63,136 nucleotides of DNA from Candidatus Levyibacteriota bacterium. GTDB lineage: Bacteria; Patescibacteriota; Microgenomatia; Levybacterales; UBA12049. Positions 33,725 to 42,589 of the stretch are shown one piece after another. The stretch lies in contig JBBSGK010000005.1 of NCBI GenBank assembly GCA_038254115.1, forward strand, positions 1-63,136, in the 5' to 3' direction. A model generated the notes under the pieces. The model searched no databases. It was given only the letters and a program-made list of their open reading frames with translations, and was not told where the DNA came from. Position numbers and translations under genes: made by a program. Numbering within the stretch: position 1 is the stretch's first letter; the number at the start of each line of letters is the position of its first letter.

Positions 33725-35518
33725 ATGGATACAGAAATGAATCTCCAGTATTTGAGATATAGAAGAAAAAGTTCAGAGGATAACAAAGAACGGCAAGCAG
33801 CTTCGCTGGAGGAGCAAGCCTACGTATTAGATGGTATTGAGGCAAGGCATAAAATTAAAGCGCTTGACGATCTTCACGAGTCCAAATCCGCACATACCTC
33901 AGGCAGAGCTGTATTCAATGAAATGCTGGAAAGAATAGATGCAGGAGGGGCAAATGCGATACTAACTTGGCATCCCAACAGAATATGCCGCAACATGACT
34001 GACGGCGGTAAGGTCATTGACCTTATGGATAGAAACAAACTTCTTGAAATCCGCACTCCATTTCGTATTTACCATGCAACCCCTGAAGATAAATGGCTGT
34101 TAACTCTGGAGTTTGCAAATTCCAAAAAAGACTCAGACGATAAAAGTATTGCCGTAAAGCGAGGTTTGGATAAGAAAAATAGAGACGGCTGGAGGCCTGG
34201 TGTAGCACCCGAGGGATACCTGAACGATAAATATACAGAAAGTGGAAATAGAAGAATACTTACAGACACGGAGCGCCTACCTTATATGACAAAGATATTT
34301 GAATTATTTATGGGCGGTACTTCTGTTGTAGAAATTCACAGGATTGCAAAAGAGGAATGGCATTTCACCACAAGACAGAAGAAGAGGAGCGGAGGAAAAT
34401 CACTTTGTATCAGCACTATTTATTCAATCTTAAACAACCGATTTTATTGCGGAAGGTACGAATATCCTATTGGAAGTGGTAAATGGCATGATGGTAAGCA
34501 TGAGAAGGCGATAAAAGAGGATTTTTTTAACGAAGTGCAGGTAAGACTTGGCAAAAGGAGTAAATATCAACTTCAACACCATGACTATCCTTACTCAAGC
34601 CTTATCCCTTGCGGCCATTGTGGGTCTTCTGTGACCCCTCAGGAGCATTATCAGATCATTTGTTCCGAATGTAAGCAAAAGTTTGCGAGTAAGAATAAAG
34701 ATAGGTGCTTGAAATGTGAAACCCCTATTGAGGATATGAAAAATCCGACCCGCCTGCATTATATCTACTATTTATGTGGCAGGAAGAAAAAGATTGAGCA
34801 AAAATGTGAAGAGCCGAGCATCCGCAATGACAGGCTGGAGGAGCAGGTTAAGGAGAAGCTACTTCCAATACAAATATCCCCTGTTTTCTTGGATTGGGCA
34901 GTAAGAAAAATAAAGAGTATGGATAAAGGGGAGAAGTCCTTTGACGATCAAAAATTGGAGACACTAAAACAGGCGAAAGAAAATTGCAAAATAAAATTGA
35001 ACAACATATTTCAACTTAAAATATCGCCTGCAAACACAGATGGCAGCTTACTGAACGATGAAGACTACAAACAAGAAAAAGAAAAAATTGAGAAAGAAAT
35101 GCAAAGCATTGATAAGCAGCTTGGTATAACAGAGGGTAGCGAGGAGCTAGCGGATGAAAAGACTAAAAAAGCTCTGACTTTTGGGGCGCTGGCGATTAAA
35201 CGATTTGACGAGGGGAATTCAAAGAGAAAGCGAGACATTTTCAAAGGCCTTGCAGGGTTGAACCTAAACCTTAAACTTGGATTAGTCAACTTTGACAGCC
35301 CAAATCATATACAGAAGCTCGCGGAAATTAAAAAAGATGTAGATGAACTAGAAAAGAGGGTTGAACCTAAAGATTTGATTGTTAAATCAACCCAAACGGA
35401 TACATTATATGCCTCAGTTCCAAGTTTGTTGCGGGGTAAGGAGTTGAACCTTATCTGTAAGATTATGAGCCTCACGTGCACCGTACACTACCCCGCGTAT
35501 TGTTCCAAAATCATTTGA
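33725..35518 (+). CDS. Large serine recombinase
   Basis: 597 aa. The N-terminal resolvase domain has YLRYRRKSSEDNKERQAASLEEQ (catalytic Ser). A recombinase domain, a Cys-rich zinc ribbon (CGHCG...CSEC...CLKC) and a coiled coil follow. The last ~30 codons are antisense to a tRNA-like sequence and are probably not native. Confidence 0.88.
   Translation: MDTEMNLQYLRYRRKSSEDNKERQAASLEEQAYVLDGIEARHKIKALDDLHESKSAHTSGRAVFNEMLERIDAGGANAILTWHPNRICRNMTDGGKVIDLMDRNKLLEIRTPFRIYHATPEDKWLLTLEFANSKKDSDDKSIAVKRGLDKKNRDGWRPGVAPEGYLNDKYTESGNRRILTDTERLPYMTKIFELFMGGTSVVEIHRIAKEEWHFTTRQKKRSGGKSLCISTIYSILNNRFYCGRYEYPIGSGKWHDGKHEKAIKEDFFNEVQVRLGKRSKYQLQHHDYPYSSLIPCGHCGSSVTPQEHYQIICSECKQKFASKNKDRCLKCETPIEDMKNPTRLHYIYYLCGRKKKIEQKCEEPSIRNDRLEEQVKEKLLPIQISPVFLDWAVRKIKSMDKGEKSFDDQKLETLKQAKENCKIKLNNIFQLKISPANTDGSLLNDEDYKQEKEKIEKEMQSIDKQLGITEGSEELADEKTKKALTFGALAIKRFDEGNSKRKRDIFKGLAGLNLNLKLGLVNFDSPNHIQKLAEIKKDVDELEKRVEPKDLIVKSTQTDTLYASVPSLLRGKELNLICKIMSLTCTVHYPAYCSKII
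35431..35496 (-). other. tRNA-like sequence (CAU anticodon loop), 66-67 nt, non-canonical
   Basis: The minus strand reads GCGGGGT-AG-TGTACGGTGCAC-G-TGAGG-CTCATAA-TCTTA-CAGA-TAAGG-TTCAACT-CCTTA-CCCCGC. The D arm is shortened and the acceptor/T junction is 1 nt short. It overlaps the 3' end of the recombinase ORF. Confidence 0.4.
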
Positions 35519-35588
35519 TTTTGCCAACATTGTGACTATTAGTATAACATTTGCGCTAAGCACGGTCAAATTGGTATACTTTCAGCAC

Positions 35589-35661
35589 GCCAGGGTAGCT
35601 TAGTGGTTAAAGCTCCGGATTCATAAACCGGCGACCGTGGGTTCAACTCCCACCCCTGGTA
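35589..35661 (+). tRNA. tRNA with CAU anticodon (elongator Met, or Ile2 if lysidinylated)
   Basis: Hand-folded 73 nt: acceptor GCCAGGG/CCCTGGT, anticodon arm CCGGA-TTCATAA-ACCGG (A:A at 31:39), T arm GTGGG-TTCAACT-CCCAC. The anticodon stem lacks the initiator-type 3xGC. Confidence 0.85.
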
Positions 35662-35670
35662 CACCTCACT

Positions 35671-36459
35671 ATGAAAAATAATCCTATCGGTATTTTTGAC
35701 TCAGGTGTCGGGGGACTTTCTATTTTGGCATCGGTTAAGGCTCTTTTGCCCAAGGAGTCTTTTGTGTATTTTGCCGACCAGAAAAATAATCCCTATGGCG
35801 GAAGATCCGTAAGTGAGATTAAAAGACTTTCCTCAAAAGTAGTTTCATTTTTGATTAAAAAGAAGGTAAAGCTCGTAATAATTGCCTGCAACACCGTAAG
35901 TGTCAATGCAATTGAGGATCTGAGATCAAAATTCGATGTTCCGATAATTGCAGTTGTTCCGGTGGTCAAAACAATTGCGCAGAAGAGTAAAACAAAAAAA
36001 GCCGCAGTCTTCGCAACTCCTGCTACGGCAAAAAGCAAATACCTGAAAGATCTAATTAATAATTTTTCAAACGGTACAAAAATCTACACAATTGGTACTT
36101 CCAAATTGGAGCATTTGGTTGAGGAAGGAATTATAACAGGCCCTGAAGTTGAAAAAGCGATTGAGAACTCACTGCTGCCGCTTATCAAAAAAAAAGTTGA
36201 TTCGATTGCTCTGGGGTGCACGCATTATCCTTTTCTGACGTCTGAGATTGAGAAGATTGTCGGATCAAAGGCTGCTATTTATGATTCAGGAGGCGCAATA
36301 GCAAGGCGTACGGAACATGTCCTTTCTCATGAAAATATTGAGGCTTCGAAAAAAGGAGCTGATTATTATTACACGACAGGAGAGGAGTCCAAATTCAAAA
36401 TTATATCGGAAAAACTATTGGGATTTAAACTTGAAAATGTAGAAAAGGTAGAAATTTAA
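35671..36459 (+). CDS. murI: Glutamate racemase
   Basis: GIFDSGVGGLS, ACNT and GCTHYP motifs. 262 aa. Confidence 0.92.
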   Translation: MKNNPIGIFDSGVGGLSILASVKALLPKESFVYFADQKNNPYGGRSVSEIKRLSSKVVSFLIKKKVKLVIIACNTVSVNAIEDLRSKFDVPIIAVVPVVKTIAQKSKTKKAAVFATPATAKSKYLKDLINNFSNGTKIYTIGTSKLEHLVEEGIITGPEVEKAIENSLLPLIKKKVDSIALGCTHYPFLTSEIEKIVGSKAAIYDSGGAIARRTEHVLSHENIEASKKGADYYYTTGEESKFKIISEKLLGFKLENVEKVEI

Positions 36460-36462
36460 AAT

Positions 36463-37821
36463 ATGGACTTAAAAAATAAAAAAGTTGCAATTTTGGGACT
36501 GGGAGTTGAAGGGCTTTCAAGTATCAAATTTTTGGCTGATAAAGATTGCGAAATCTGGGTTCTTGATAGGAAAGAGGATCTGGACCCGGAATTTTTATCG
36601 GTTGTTAAGGGTGCAAAAGCAAATTTGGTGCTTGGGGAAGAATACCTTGATGATCTTTCCAGATTTGACGTAATTCTCAGAACTCCAGGCTTTCAGAGGA
36701 ATAATGAAAAATTATTGGAAGCCGAAAAAAAAGGTACTATTATAACTTCCCTCACAAAACTCTTTTTTGATTTATGTCCTTGCCCAATTATCGGGGTGAC
36801 TGGCACAAAAGGAAAAGGCACGACAGCAAGTTTGATTTATGAAATGCTACTGGAAGCTGGGAAAGAGGTTTTTCGCGGCGGAAACATTGGAACACCACCA
36901 TTGGATTTTTTGCACTTGCTCAAAAAGGATTCAATTGCTGTTCTTGAGTTATCAAGTTTTCAGCTTCAGGATCTTACTAAATCGCCTCATATTGCAGTGA
37001 TGCTCATGACAACCAGCGAGCATCTAGATCATCACAAAACTGTTGAGGAATATGTTGAGGCAAAGCGGAATATTTTAAGGTTTCAAACCAAAGATGATTT
37101 TGCAATTGTGAATAGGGATTATCCGGCAAGTAATGAATCGGATATTTTGACAGATGGAAAAGTTTTTTACGTATCGCGGGAGCGGGTTGGGCGGGACGGA
37201 AGTTTTCTCCGTGATGAAGCTTTGTGGATACAAATTGACGGACAGGAGAACAAAATTATTGATATCAAAGATGTTTTACTCCCAGGTAAACACAATCTGG
37301 AAAATGTAGCAGCAGCATCTTTGGCTTCCCATCTGGCAGGAGTTGAAAAGGAGCAAATTGTAAATGTGCTGAAATCGTTTAAAGGCTTGGTCCACCGTTT
37401 GGAATTGGTTGGCGAAGTCTCGGGAGTAAAATATTATGATGATTCGTTTTCGACAACTCCCGAAACAGCAATTGCCGCAATTGAAGCATTTACCGCACCT
37501 GAAATTCTGATACTCGGGGGATCGGGTAAAAATAGCGATTTTGCTGAGCTTGGGAATACAATAGGTAACGCTAAAAATATAAAAGCAATTATCGGGATTG
37601 GAGATGAGTGGCACCGTATGCGCGCGGAATTTCCAATTTCAAATTTCCAATTTCCACTAATTGAGGATGCGAAGGATATGAAGACTGTTGTTTTGGCAGC
37701 GAGTAAAATTGCAGCTTCCGGGGATGTAGTTTTGCTCAGCCCGGCTTGCGCAAGTTTTGGGATGTTCAAGAATTACAAAGACCGTGGGGAGCAGTTCAAG
37801 AAAGAAGTTGAAAATTTATAG
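36463..37821 (+). CDS. murD: UDP-N-acetylmuramoyl-L-alanine--D-glutamate ligase
   Basis: GLGVEG Rossmann motif, GVTGTKGKGTT P-loop and Mur ligase C-terminal domain. It contains an in-frame ISNFQFPL insertion encoded by an AT-rich repeat. Confidence 0.92.
   Translation: MDLKNKKVAILGLGVEGLSSIKFLADKDCEIWVLDRKEDLDPEFLSVVKGAKANLVLGEEYLDDLSRFDVILRTPGFQRNNEKLLEAEKKGTIITSLTKLFFDLCPCPIIGVTGTKGKGTTASLIYEMLLEAGKEVFRGGNIGTPPLDFLHLLKKDSIAVLELSSFQLQDLTKSPHIAVMLMTTSEHLDHHKTVEEYVEAKRNILRFQTKDDFAIVNRDYPASNESDILTDGKVFYVSRERVGRDGSFLRDEALWIQIDGQENKIIDIKDVLLPGKHNLENVAAASLASHLAGVEKEQIVNVLKSFKGLVHRLELVGEVSGVKYYDDSFSTTPETAIAAIEAFTAPEILILGGSGKNSDFAELGNTIGNAKNIKAIIGIGDEWHRMRAEFPISNFQFPLIEDAKDMKTVVLAASKIAASGDVVLLSPACASFGMFKNYKDRGEQFKKEVENL
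37627..37656. repeat. AATTTCCAATTTCAAATTTCCAATTTCC repeat inside murD
   Basis: Read directly from the sequence. It belongs to the same family as 12915-12941 and 45361-45469. Confidence 0.7.
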
Positions 37822-37882
37822 CCTCAGAGTAGACATCGCCTCAATCTTATAGTACAATACATCACTATTCAAAAGGAGATTT

Positions 37883-38734
37883 ATGCCGAGAAAAGATGAT
37901 GAGCGAAGACCAAGACAAGGGGATGTTAATCCTCCAAAACTTGAAGGTTTGGTAAGAGTATTTGATTGGAGCAAGCAACCTGCACATTTAGTTTCTGTGC
38001 TCGATGGTTTACAGGTGGAGAGTTTTGGACAAGAATATCCCAAAGCACCCGGTTGGCGTCCGTGGGGCTATCAACCTGGTTTACGTTTGGCTTTAGAGCA
38101 TTTACGAAAAATTGATGAAATTCCCGATGCTCCTGTTTTTGATACACATGGTGATCTGCGGCCTGATGTTTTAGCATGTGACTTAAAAGATTTTCTTATA
38201 ACAGACAAAATATTAAAAGGGAAAAGAGTAATTGTTTTTGGAGGGCCGGAAGCGGAAGTTTTTCAAGCAATGGGTGCTGAAGCAGTAGGATTTGATCCAC
38301 AATTTAAAAACTTATCCGATATTAACTGGAGAGCTGATCAACGGGGCAAGACATTAGCAGATGCAGGAAGAGAAATAAGCAATGGCTGGGCAGACTTTAC
38401 TTATTCAAGCAGATTTTTAGACCCCGGTAGTGGATTGGTAGTTGTGAGACGTGATAAGCACGAATATATAGATAATCTAGAAGTTATTTTGCGACTAACC
38501 AAACCAGGCGGATTAAGCATTCATGATGGAGAAGGAGTTTTTAATGCGCTTCACCCCGATTTGGAGTCTTTAATGCCTGGAAGAATCAGTTTGAGCGAAT
38601 TGGAAGCAACAACCTCAAGAGATTTGGTAGTTAGAGAAATTCCTGTAAGAGTTGTGGAAATTGCTCCATATGCTTCTGATGATGAGGTTGGAGATTCACT
38701 TACAACTTATGTCTTGCAGAGAAAAGCGGCGTAA
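37883..38734 (+). CDS. Orphan protein with a class I SAM-methyltransferase-like core
   Basis: 283 aa with SD AAGGAG. KRVIVFGGPEAEVFQAMGAEAVGFDP is a motif I-like Rossmann element and LRLTKPGGLSIHDG is a typical MTase post-II motif. The assignment rests on motifs only. Confidence 0.5.
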   Translation: MPRKDDERRPRQGDVNPPKLEGLVRVFDWSKQPAHLVSVLDGLQVESFGQEYPKAPGWRPWGYQPGLRLALEHLRKIDEIPDAPVFDTHGDLRPDVLACDLKDFLITDKILKGKRVIVFGGPEAEVFQAMGAEAVGFDPQFKNLSDINWRADQRGKTLADAGREISNGWADFTYSSRFLDPGSGLVVVRRDKHEYIDNLEVILRLTKPGGLSIHDGEGVFNALHPDLESLMPGRISLSELEATTSRDLVVREIPVRVVEIAPYASDDEVGDSLTTYVLQRKAA

Positions 38735-38788
38735 TTTGATACAGGAATAGGCTCATATTTGTGGTATACTAGAAAAATTCTATGGCAG
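38729..38788. repeat. Direct repeat copy A (gene 3' end + promoter-like region + ATGGCAG)
   Basis: 53 of 61 aligned positions are identical to 39665-39725. It includes GCGTAATTTGATAC, ATAGGCTCATATTT, TATACTAG and CTATGGCAG. Confidence 0.85.
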
Positions 38789-39582
38789 CTCACGTAGAAG
38801 TCGATAGACCATCTGAAGATGATATGGAACACCCACAGTTAGCTGTTGGTGTCCCGGAGTTGACAGTAGTTACGGCCGAAGATCTCTATCCACATCTTAC
38901 AGAATTAAGTCCAACGCTTGTGGGAGTAGTCACAAAGCCAGATGTTGTCCGCTTGAGGCGCCCACTTAGGGAAATTTCTGTATGGAAGGACAGCCATCAA
39001 CTTTTTGTCGCAGGCATGGTTGGAATAGTATATAAGGCACTTGATGAAGCAGGCTTGCCACACATTCCCGCCGAGGTGGCGGAGGAAGCGCATGCTGTTC
39101 ACGATAATGGATTTGCTGACAATGTGCATATAGAAGATCCACAAGTTGTCAATGCTCCCAGAAAGCTTACGAAAATTGAATTCGATCAAGTCGGCACTCA
39201 TGCCGGTGTTGGTGCTCTACGAGTATCAGATCCAAGGTTGAGCGCTCTCGTTAGTAATCATGATAGCTATGTTACATCTGCGGCACCAGATGAGCGGAGG
39301 AGGTTGCTTTCTGATCCAGTCAGTGTCTCTACACTAGTATTGCAGGGATCAGATATTGCAGAAGCAGTTACTAGCATTTACAGACCTTATCGAAGGAGGA
39401 AAAACCGTTTTGGCCCAGATGATAGAACACGAGACACATTTACAGTAGATGAAACTCGACATGAATTGAGTGCTCAAGTACCCCTTTTGCCTGAAAGAGT
39501 ACGGGAGAGAATAATTGATGCGGTGAATGTCGTATTTAGTGCCCCAGTAAGAGCAGAAATCCACAATCTAGCACGTGTATAG
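38782..39582 (+). CDS. Orphan protein with a degenerate HD / HD-GYP-like phosphohydrolase signature
   Basis: 266 aa. AHAVHDNGF provides H..HD, and SDIAEAVTSIYRPYRRR resembles the D-A-(L)-T-S-x-R-P-Y-R block of HD-GYP domains. The assignment rests on motifs only. Confidence 0.45.
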   Translation: MAAHVEVDRPSEDDMEHPQLAVGVPELTVVTAEDLYPHLTELSPTLVGVVTKPDVVRLRRPLREISVWKDSHQLFVAGMVGIVYKALDEAGLPHIPAEVAEEAHAVHDNGFADNVHIEDPQVVNAPRKLTKIEFDQVGTHAGVGALRVSDPRLSALVSNHDSYVTSAAPDERRRLLSDPVSVSTLVLQGSDIAEAVTSIYRPYRRRKNRFGPDDRTRDTFTVDETRHELSAQVPLLPERVRERIIDAVNVVFSAPVRAEIHNLARV

Positions 39583-39664
39583 ACCTTCAAATTCTCAATG
39601 TGAATAAGGGTGCTTTTGTAAAGGTTGGTAGTTAAGAACAATCTTCGTACAGAAAAGAGTAGCC

Positions 39665-39725
39665 GCGTAATTTGATACTGGCATAGGCTCATATTTTGTG
39701 ATATACTAGCTGAAATCTATGGCAG
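39665..39725. repeat. Direct repeat copy B, forming the ftsH upstream region and start codon
   Basis: See copy A. Weaker similarity continues ~12 nt upstream (CAGAAAAG...GCCGCGTAA versus CAGAGAAAAGCGGCGTAA). Confidence 0.85.
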
Positions 39726-41602
39726 TCAACGGTAAAAGGCAGGGTACAAACGGGAAAAAAAAGGCGCTTAAGCTCAAAGCAAAATTTTCCTGGAAAAACT
39801 TTCTTCTCTATGGTTTTCTAATCATACTCTCCCTATTCATATTTTCAGCTCTAGGTTCTTCATCTGAAAATAAAAAAACAGTTCCCCTGTCGCAAGTTAT
39901 TACAGATGTTAAAAGAGGTGATGTATCTCAAATATCAATAGCAGCTGATAAGTTGACCGTTACTGAGAAAAACGGGAATGTTGTCCAGACATTTAAAGAG
40001 CCCGGATCAAATGTTTACACCATTTTTAAGGACGCAGATATTCCCCTTAATGAAACAAAAATTAGCGTTAAGGATGATACTGCTTTCAGCAGTTGGATAA
40101 ATATTGCATCAGCTGTTTTGCCGGTTCTTCTGATGATTGGGTTTTTCTATTTTATATTCCGCCAGGCAAGGGGTACGCAGGACAGTATATTTTCTTTTGG
40201 CCAGTCACGTGCCAAACTTTTCAACCGCGATAATCCCAAAGTGACATTTAAAGATGTTGCGGGAGTGGATGAGGCAAAGCAGGAGCTGACCGAGATTGTT
40301 GATTTTCTTAAAAATCCTACAAAATATACGGCAATGGGAGCCCGAACCCCAAAAGGTGTTCTGATGGTGGGACCTGCAGGAACAGGAAAGACATTGCTTG
40401 CCCGGGCAACGGCAGGGGAAGCACATGTATCTTTTTTCTCAATGGCAGGATCAGAATTTATGGAAATGCTAGTTGGAGTTGGCGCTTCCCGTGTACGTGA
40501 CTTGTTTAATACAGCCAAAAAAGCCCAGCCTTCGATAATTTTTATTGATGAGGTAGATGCGATTGGTAGACAACGCGGTGTCGGTATGATGGGCGGGCAT
40601 GACGAACGCGAACAGACTCTTAATCAGATCTTAGTTGAGATGGACGGATTTACACCAAACGAGCACGTTATCGTCATGGCAGCAACCAACAGACCCGATG
40701 TATTGGATCCTGCCCTTGTACGCCCGGGCCGTTTTGACAGACGGGTGGTACTTGATCTACCCGATGTTGAAGGACGTAAAAAAATTCTTGCAATTCATGC
40801 AAACGGTAAGCCGTTTGACAAAGATGTTGATTGGGATAAAGTCGCAAAAAGAACAGTCGGATTTTCAGGAGCCGATCTTGAAAATATGTTAAATGAAGCG
40901 GCAATCGGGGCCGCAAGACATAGTAAAAAAGCAATAGATATGGCAGATCTTGAAGAGTCGGCAACTCGTGTGAAATTGGGTCCTGAGAAAAAGCGCTTGC
41001 AGTCTGATTTGGACAAGAGAATGACTGCGTATCACGAGGCAGGACATGCTTTAGTCGCCTGGGAAATGCCGCATGTTGACCCCGTCCACAGAATTTCAAT
41101 TGTTTCCCGAGGCATGAGTCTGGGGCATACCATGACTGAGCCGATTGAGAGAGTCCATGAAACAAAAGCCCATCTCCTTGAGCAAATTGCGGTAATGATG
41201 GGAGGACGCGCTGCGGAGAGTCTGGTGTTTGAAGACGTCACAACGGGAGCCTCAGATGATATAAATAAAGCAACCGAAGTTGCCCGTGCCATGGTCACGA
41301 AATTTGGAATGAGTGACTTGGGTCCGATTACATACGATTCACAGAAGTCAGTATATGAGCAGAGCGATGTATCTCCAGAGATGGCTGCAAAAATTGATGG
41401 GGAAGTTAAAAAAATTGCTGAGACAGCATACAAGCAGGCAACTGATATTTTGACAAAACTCCGCAAAAAATTGGATGTACTGGCCGAGGAGCTTTTGATA
41501 AAAGAAACAATCGAGTCAGATGAATTTATAAAGTTGATTGGTATAAAAAAAGCTCTGCCTGCCGGCAGACAGGTTTTGGCAACCGCCCCGGCAAAATCCT
41601 AA
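39719..41602 (+). CDS. ftsH: ATP-dependent zinc metalloprotease FtsH
   Basis: GPAGTGKT Walker A, the AAA SRH and the HEAGHA zinc motif. 627 aa. Confidence 0.95.
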   Translation: MAVNGKRQGTNGKKKALKLKAKFSWKNFLLYGFLIILSLFIFSALGSSSENKKTVPLSQVITDVKRGDVSQISIAADKLTVTEKNGNVVQTFKEPGSNVYTIFKDADIPLNETKISVKDDTAFSSWINIASAVLPVLLMIGFFYFIFRQARGTQDSIFSFGQSRAKLFNRDNPKVTFKDVAGVDEAKQELTEIVDFLKNPTKYTAMGARTPKGVLMVGPAGTGKTLLARATAGEAHVSFFSMAGSEFMEMLVGVGASRVRDLFNTAKKAQPSIIFIDEVDAIGRQRGVGMMGGHDEREQTLNQILVEMDGFTPNEHVIVMAATNRPDVLDPALVRPGRFDRRVVLDLPDVEGRKKILAIHANGKPFDKDVDWDKVAKRTVGFSGADLENMLNEAAIGAARHSKKAIDMADLEESATRVKLGPEKKRLQSDLDKRMTAYHEAGHALVAWEMPHVDPVHRISIVSRGMSLGHTMTEPIERVHETKAHLLEQIAVMMGGRAAESLVFEDVTTGASDDINKATEVARAMVTKFGMSDLGPITYDSQKSVYEQSDVSPEMAAKIDGEVKKIAETAYKQATDILTKLRKKLDVLAEELLIKETIESDEFIKLIGIKKALPAGRQVLATAPAKS

Positions 41603-41635
41603 AATCTCAACAGTCTTCTGTGCTAAACTACATTA

Positions 41636-42589
41636 GTGAAAAAACTTATCATCATCGACGGGAATGCTATACTTCACCGGGCGTATCATGCTTATCCCCC
41701 GCTGACCAATAATCAGGGAATGATCATAAATGCGGTTTATGGATTTTTTTCAATGCTTTTTTCAATAATCACTGATCAGAAGCCTGAGTATCTGGCAGTG
41801 TGTTTTGACCGCGCGGCGCCAACTTTCCGCAAAAGCATGTTTGCCGGATATCACGCAGGGCGCCCTGAGCTTCCTGAGGATTTTGTACCGCAAATAATTC
41901 TTGTCCATGAATTATTGGAAAAGATGAAAGTTGGGATCTTTGAGCTTGATGGATACGAGGCGGATGATTTGATTGGAACTCTGTCAACGAAGGCAGTTAC
42001 AACGAAAGATATAGAGGTTGTTATAGTTACCGGGGACCGGGACATGCTTCAGCTGGTAAATAAGAAAGTAAAAGTCATGATGCCGCTTCTTGGTATTACC
42101 AAAACCGCGATTTTTGACGAGAAAGCGGTGGAGGAAAAATACGGAGTGAAGCCATCCCAATTTATTGACTACAAAGCGCTGATCGGTGATCCGTCTGATG
42201 GATATCCAGGCGTTACAGGAATTGGCCCAAAGACAGCTGCTAATTTGATCAGAGAGTACGGTACTTTTGAAAAATTGTATGAAAGTATTCCCAGTCTTCC
42301 CAAAAAAGTTGGTCTCAAACTCGCAACTGATGCTGAGCAAGCAGCACTTGCCAAAAAGCTTGCAACAATTGTGACAGATGCTCCAATTCAGTTTGATATT
42401 TTGAAATGCGCATATATAGATTTTGATATCAATAGCCTTCGCGCTGCATTTCTGGAACAGGGATTTAATACACTGACAAAAAGACTTGATACGGTTTTTG
42501 GCGCAGGGACAAATGGGACAGAGGAGCCAGAGGAGACAAAAAAAGATGCAAAGAAAAAAAAGAAAAGCGATCAGTTGGAACTCCTATGA
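41636..42589 (+). CDS. Stand-alone 5'-3' exonuclease (Pol I N-terminal/FEN-like)
   Basis: GTG start. LIIIDGNAILHRAYHA, GYEADDLIG and GIGPKTA H3TH motifs are present. The C-terminal tail is Lys-rich. Confidence 0.88.
   Translation: MKKLIIIDGNAILHRAYHAYPPLTNNQGMIINAVYGFFSMLFSIITDQKPEYLAVCFDRAAPTFRKSMFAGYHAGRPELPEDFVPQIILVHELLEKMKVGIFELDGYEADDLIGTLSTKAVTTKDIEVVIVTGDRDMLQLVNKKVKVMMPLLGITKTAIFDEKAVEEKYGVKPSQFIDYKALIGDPSDGYPGVTGIGPKTAANLIREYGTFEKLYESIPSLPKKVGLKLATDAEQAALAKKLATIVTDAPIQFDILKCAYIDFDINSLRAAFLEQGFNTLTKRLDTVFGAGTNGTEEPEETKKDAKKKKKSDQLELL

Larger units (their letters stand above)
28683..35436. mobile_element. Putative integrated element (~6.7 kb) with a large serine recombinase at its right end
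   Basis: The 11-bp direct repeat TTGTTGCGGGG occurs at 28683-28693 and 35426-35436. The interior is visibly more AT-rich, with SD-led small phage/plasmid-like ORFs, a winged-helix protein and a serine recombinase. The right end abuts tRNA-like and tRNA genes. Confidence 0.5.

Noticed and set aside
40147-41466. Minus-strand ORFs of up to 163 aa inside ftsH
   Set aside because: They are antisense to an unambiguous FtsH CDS.
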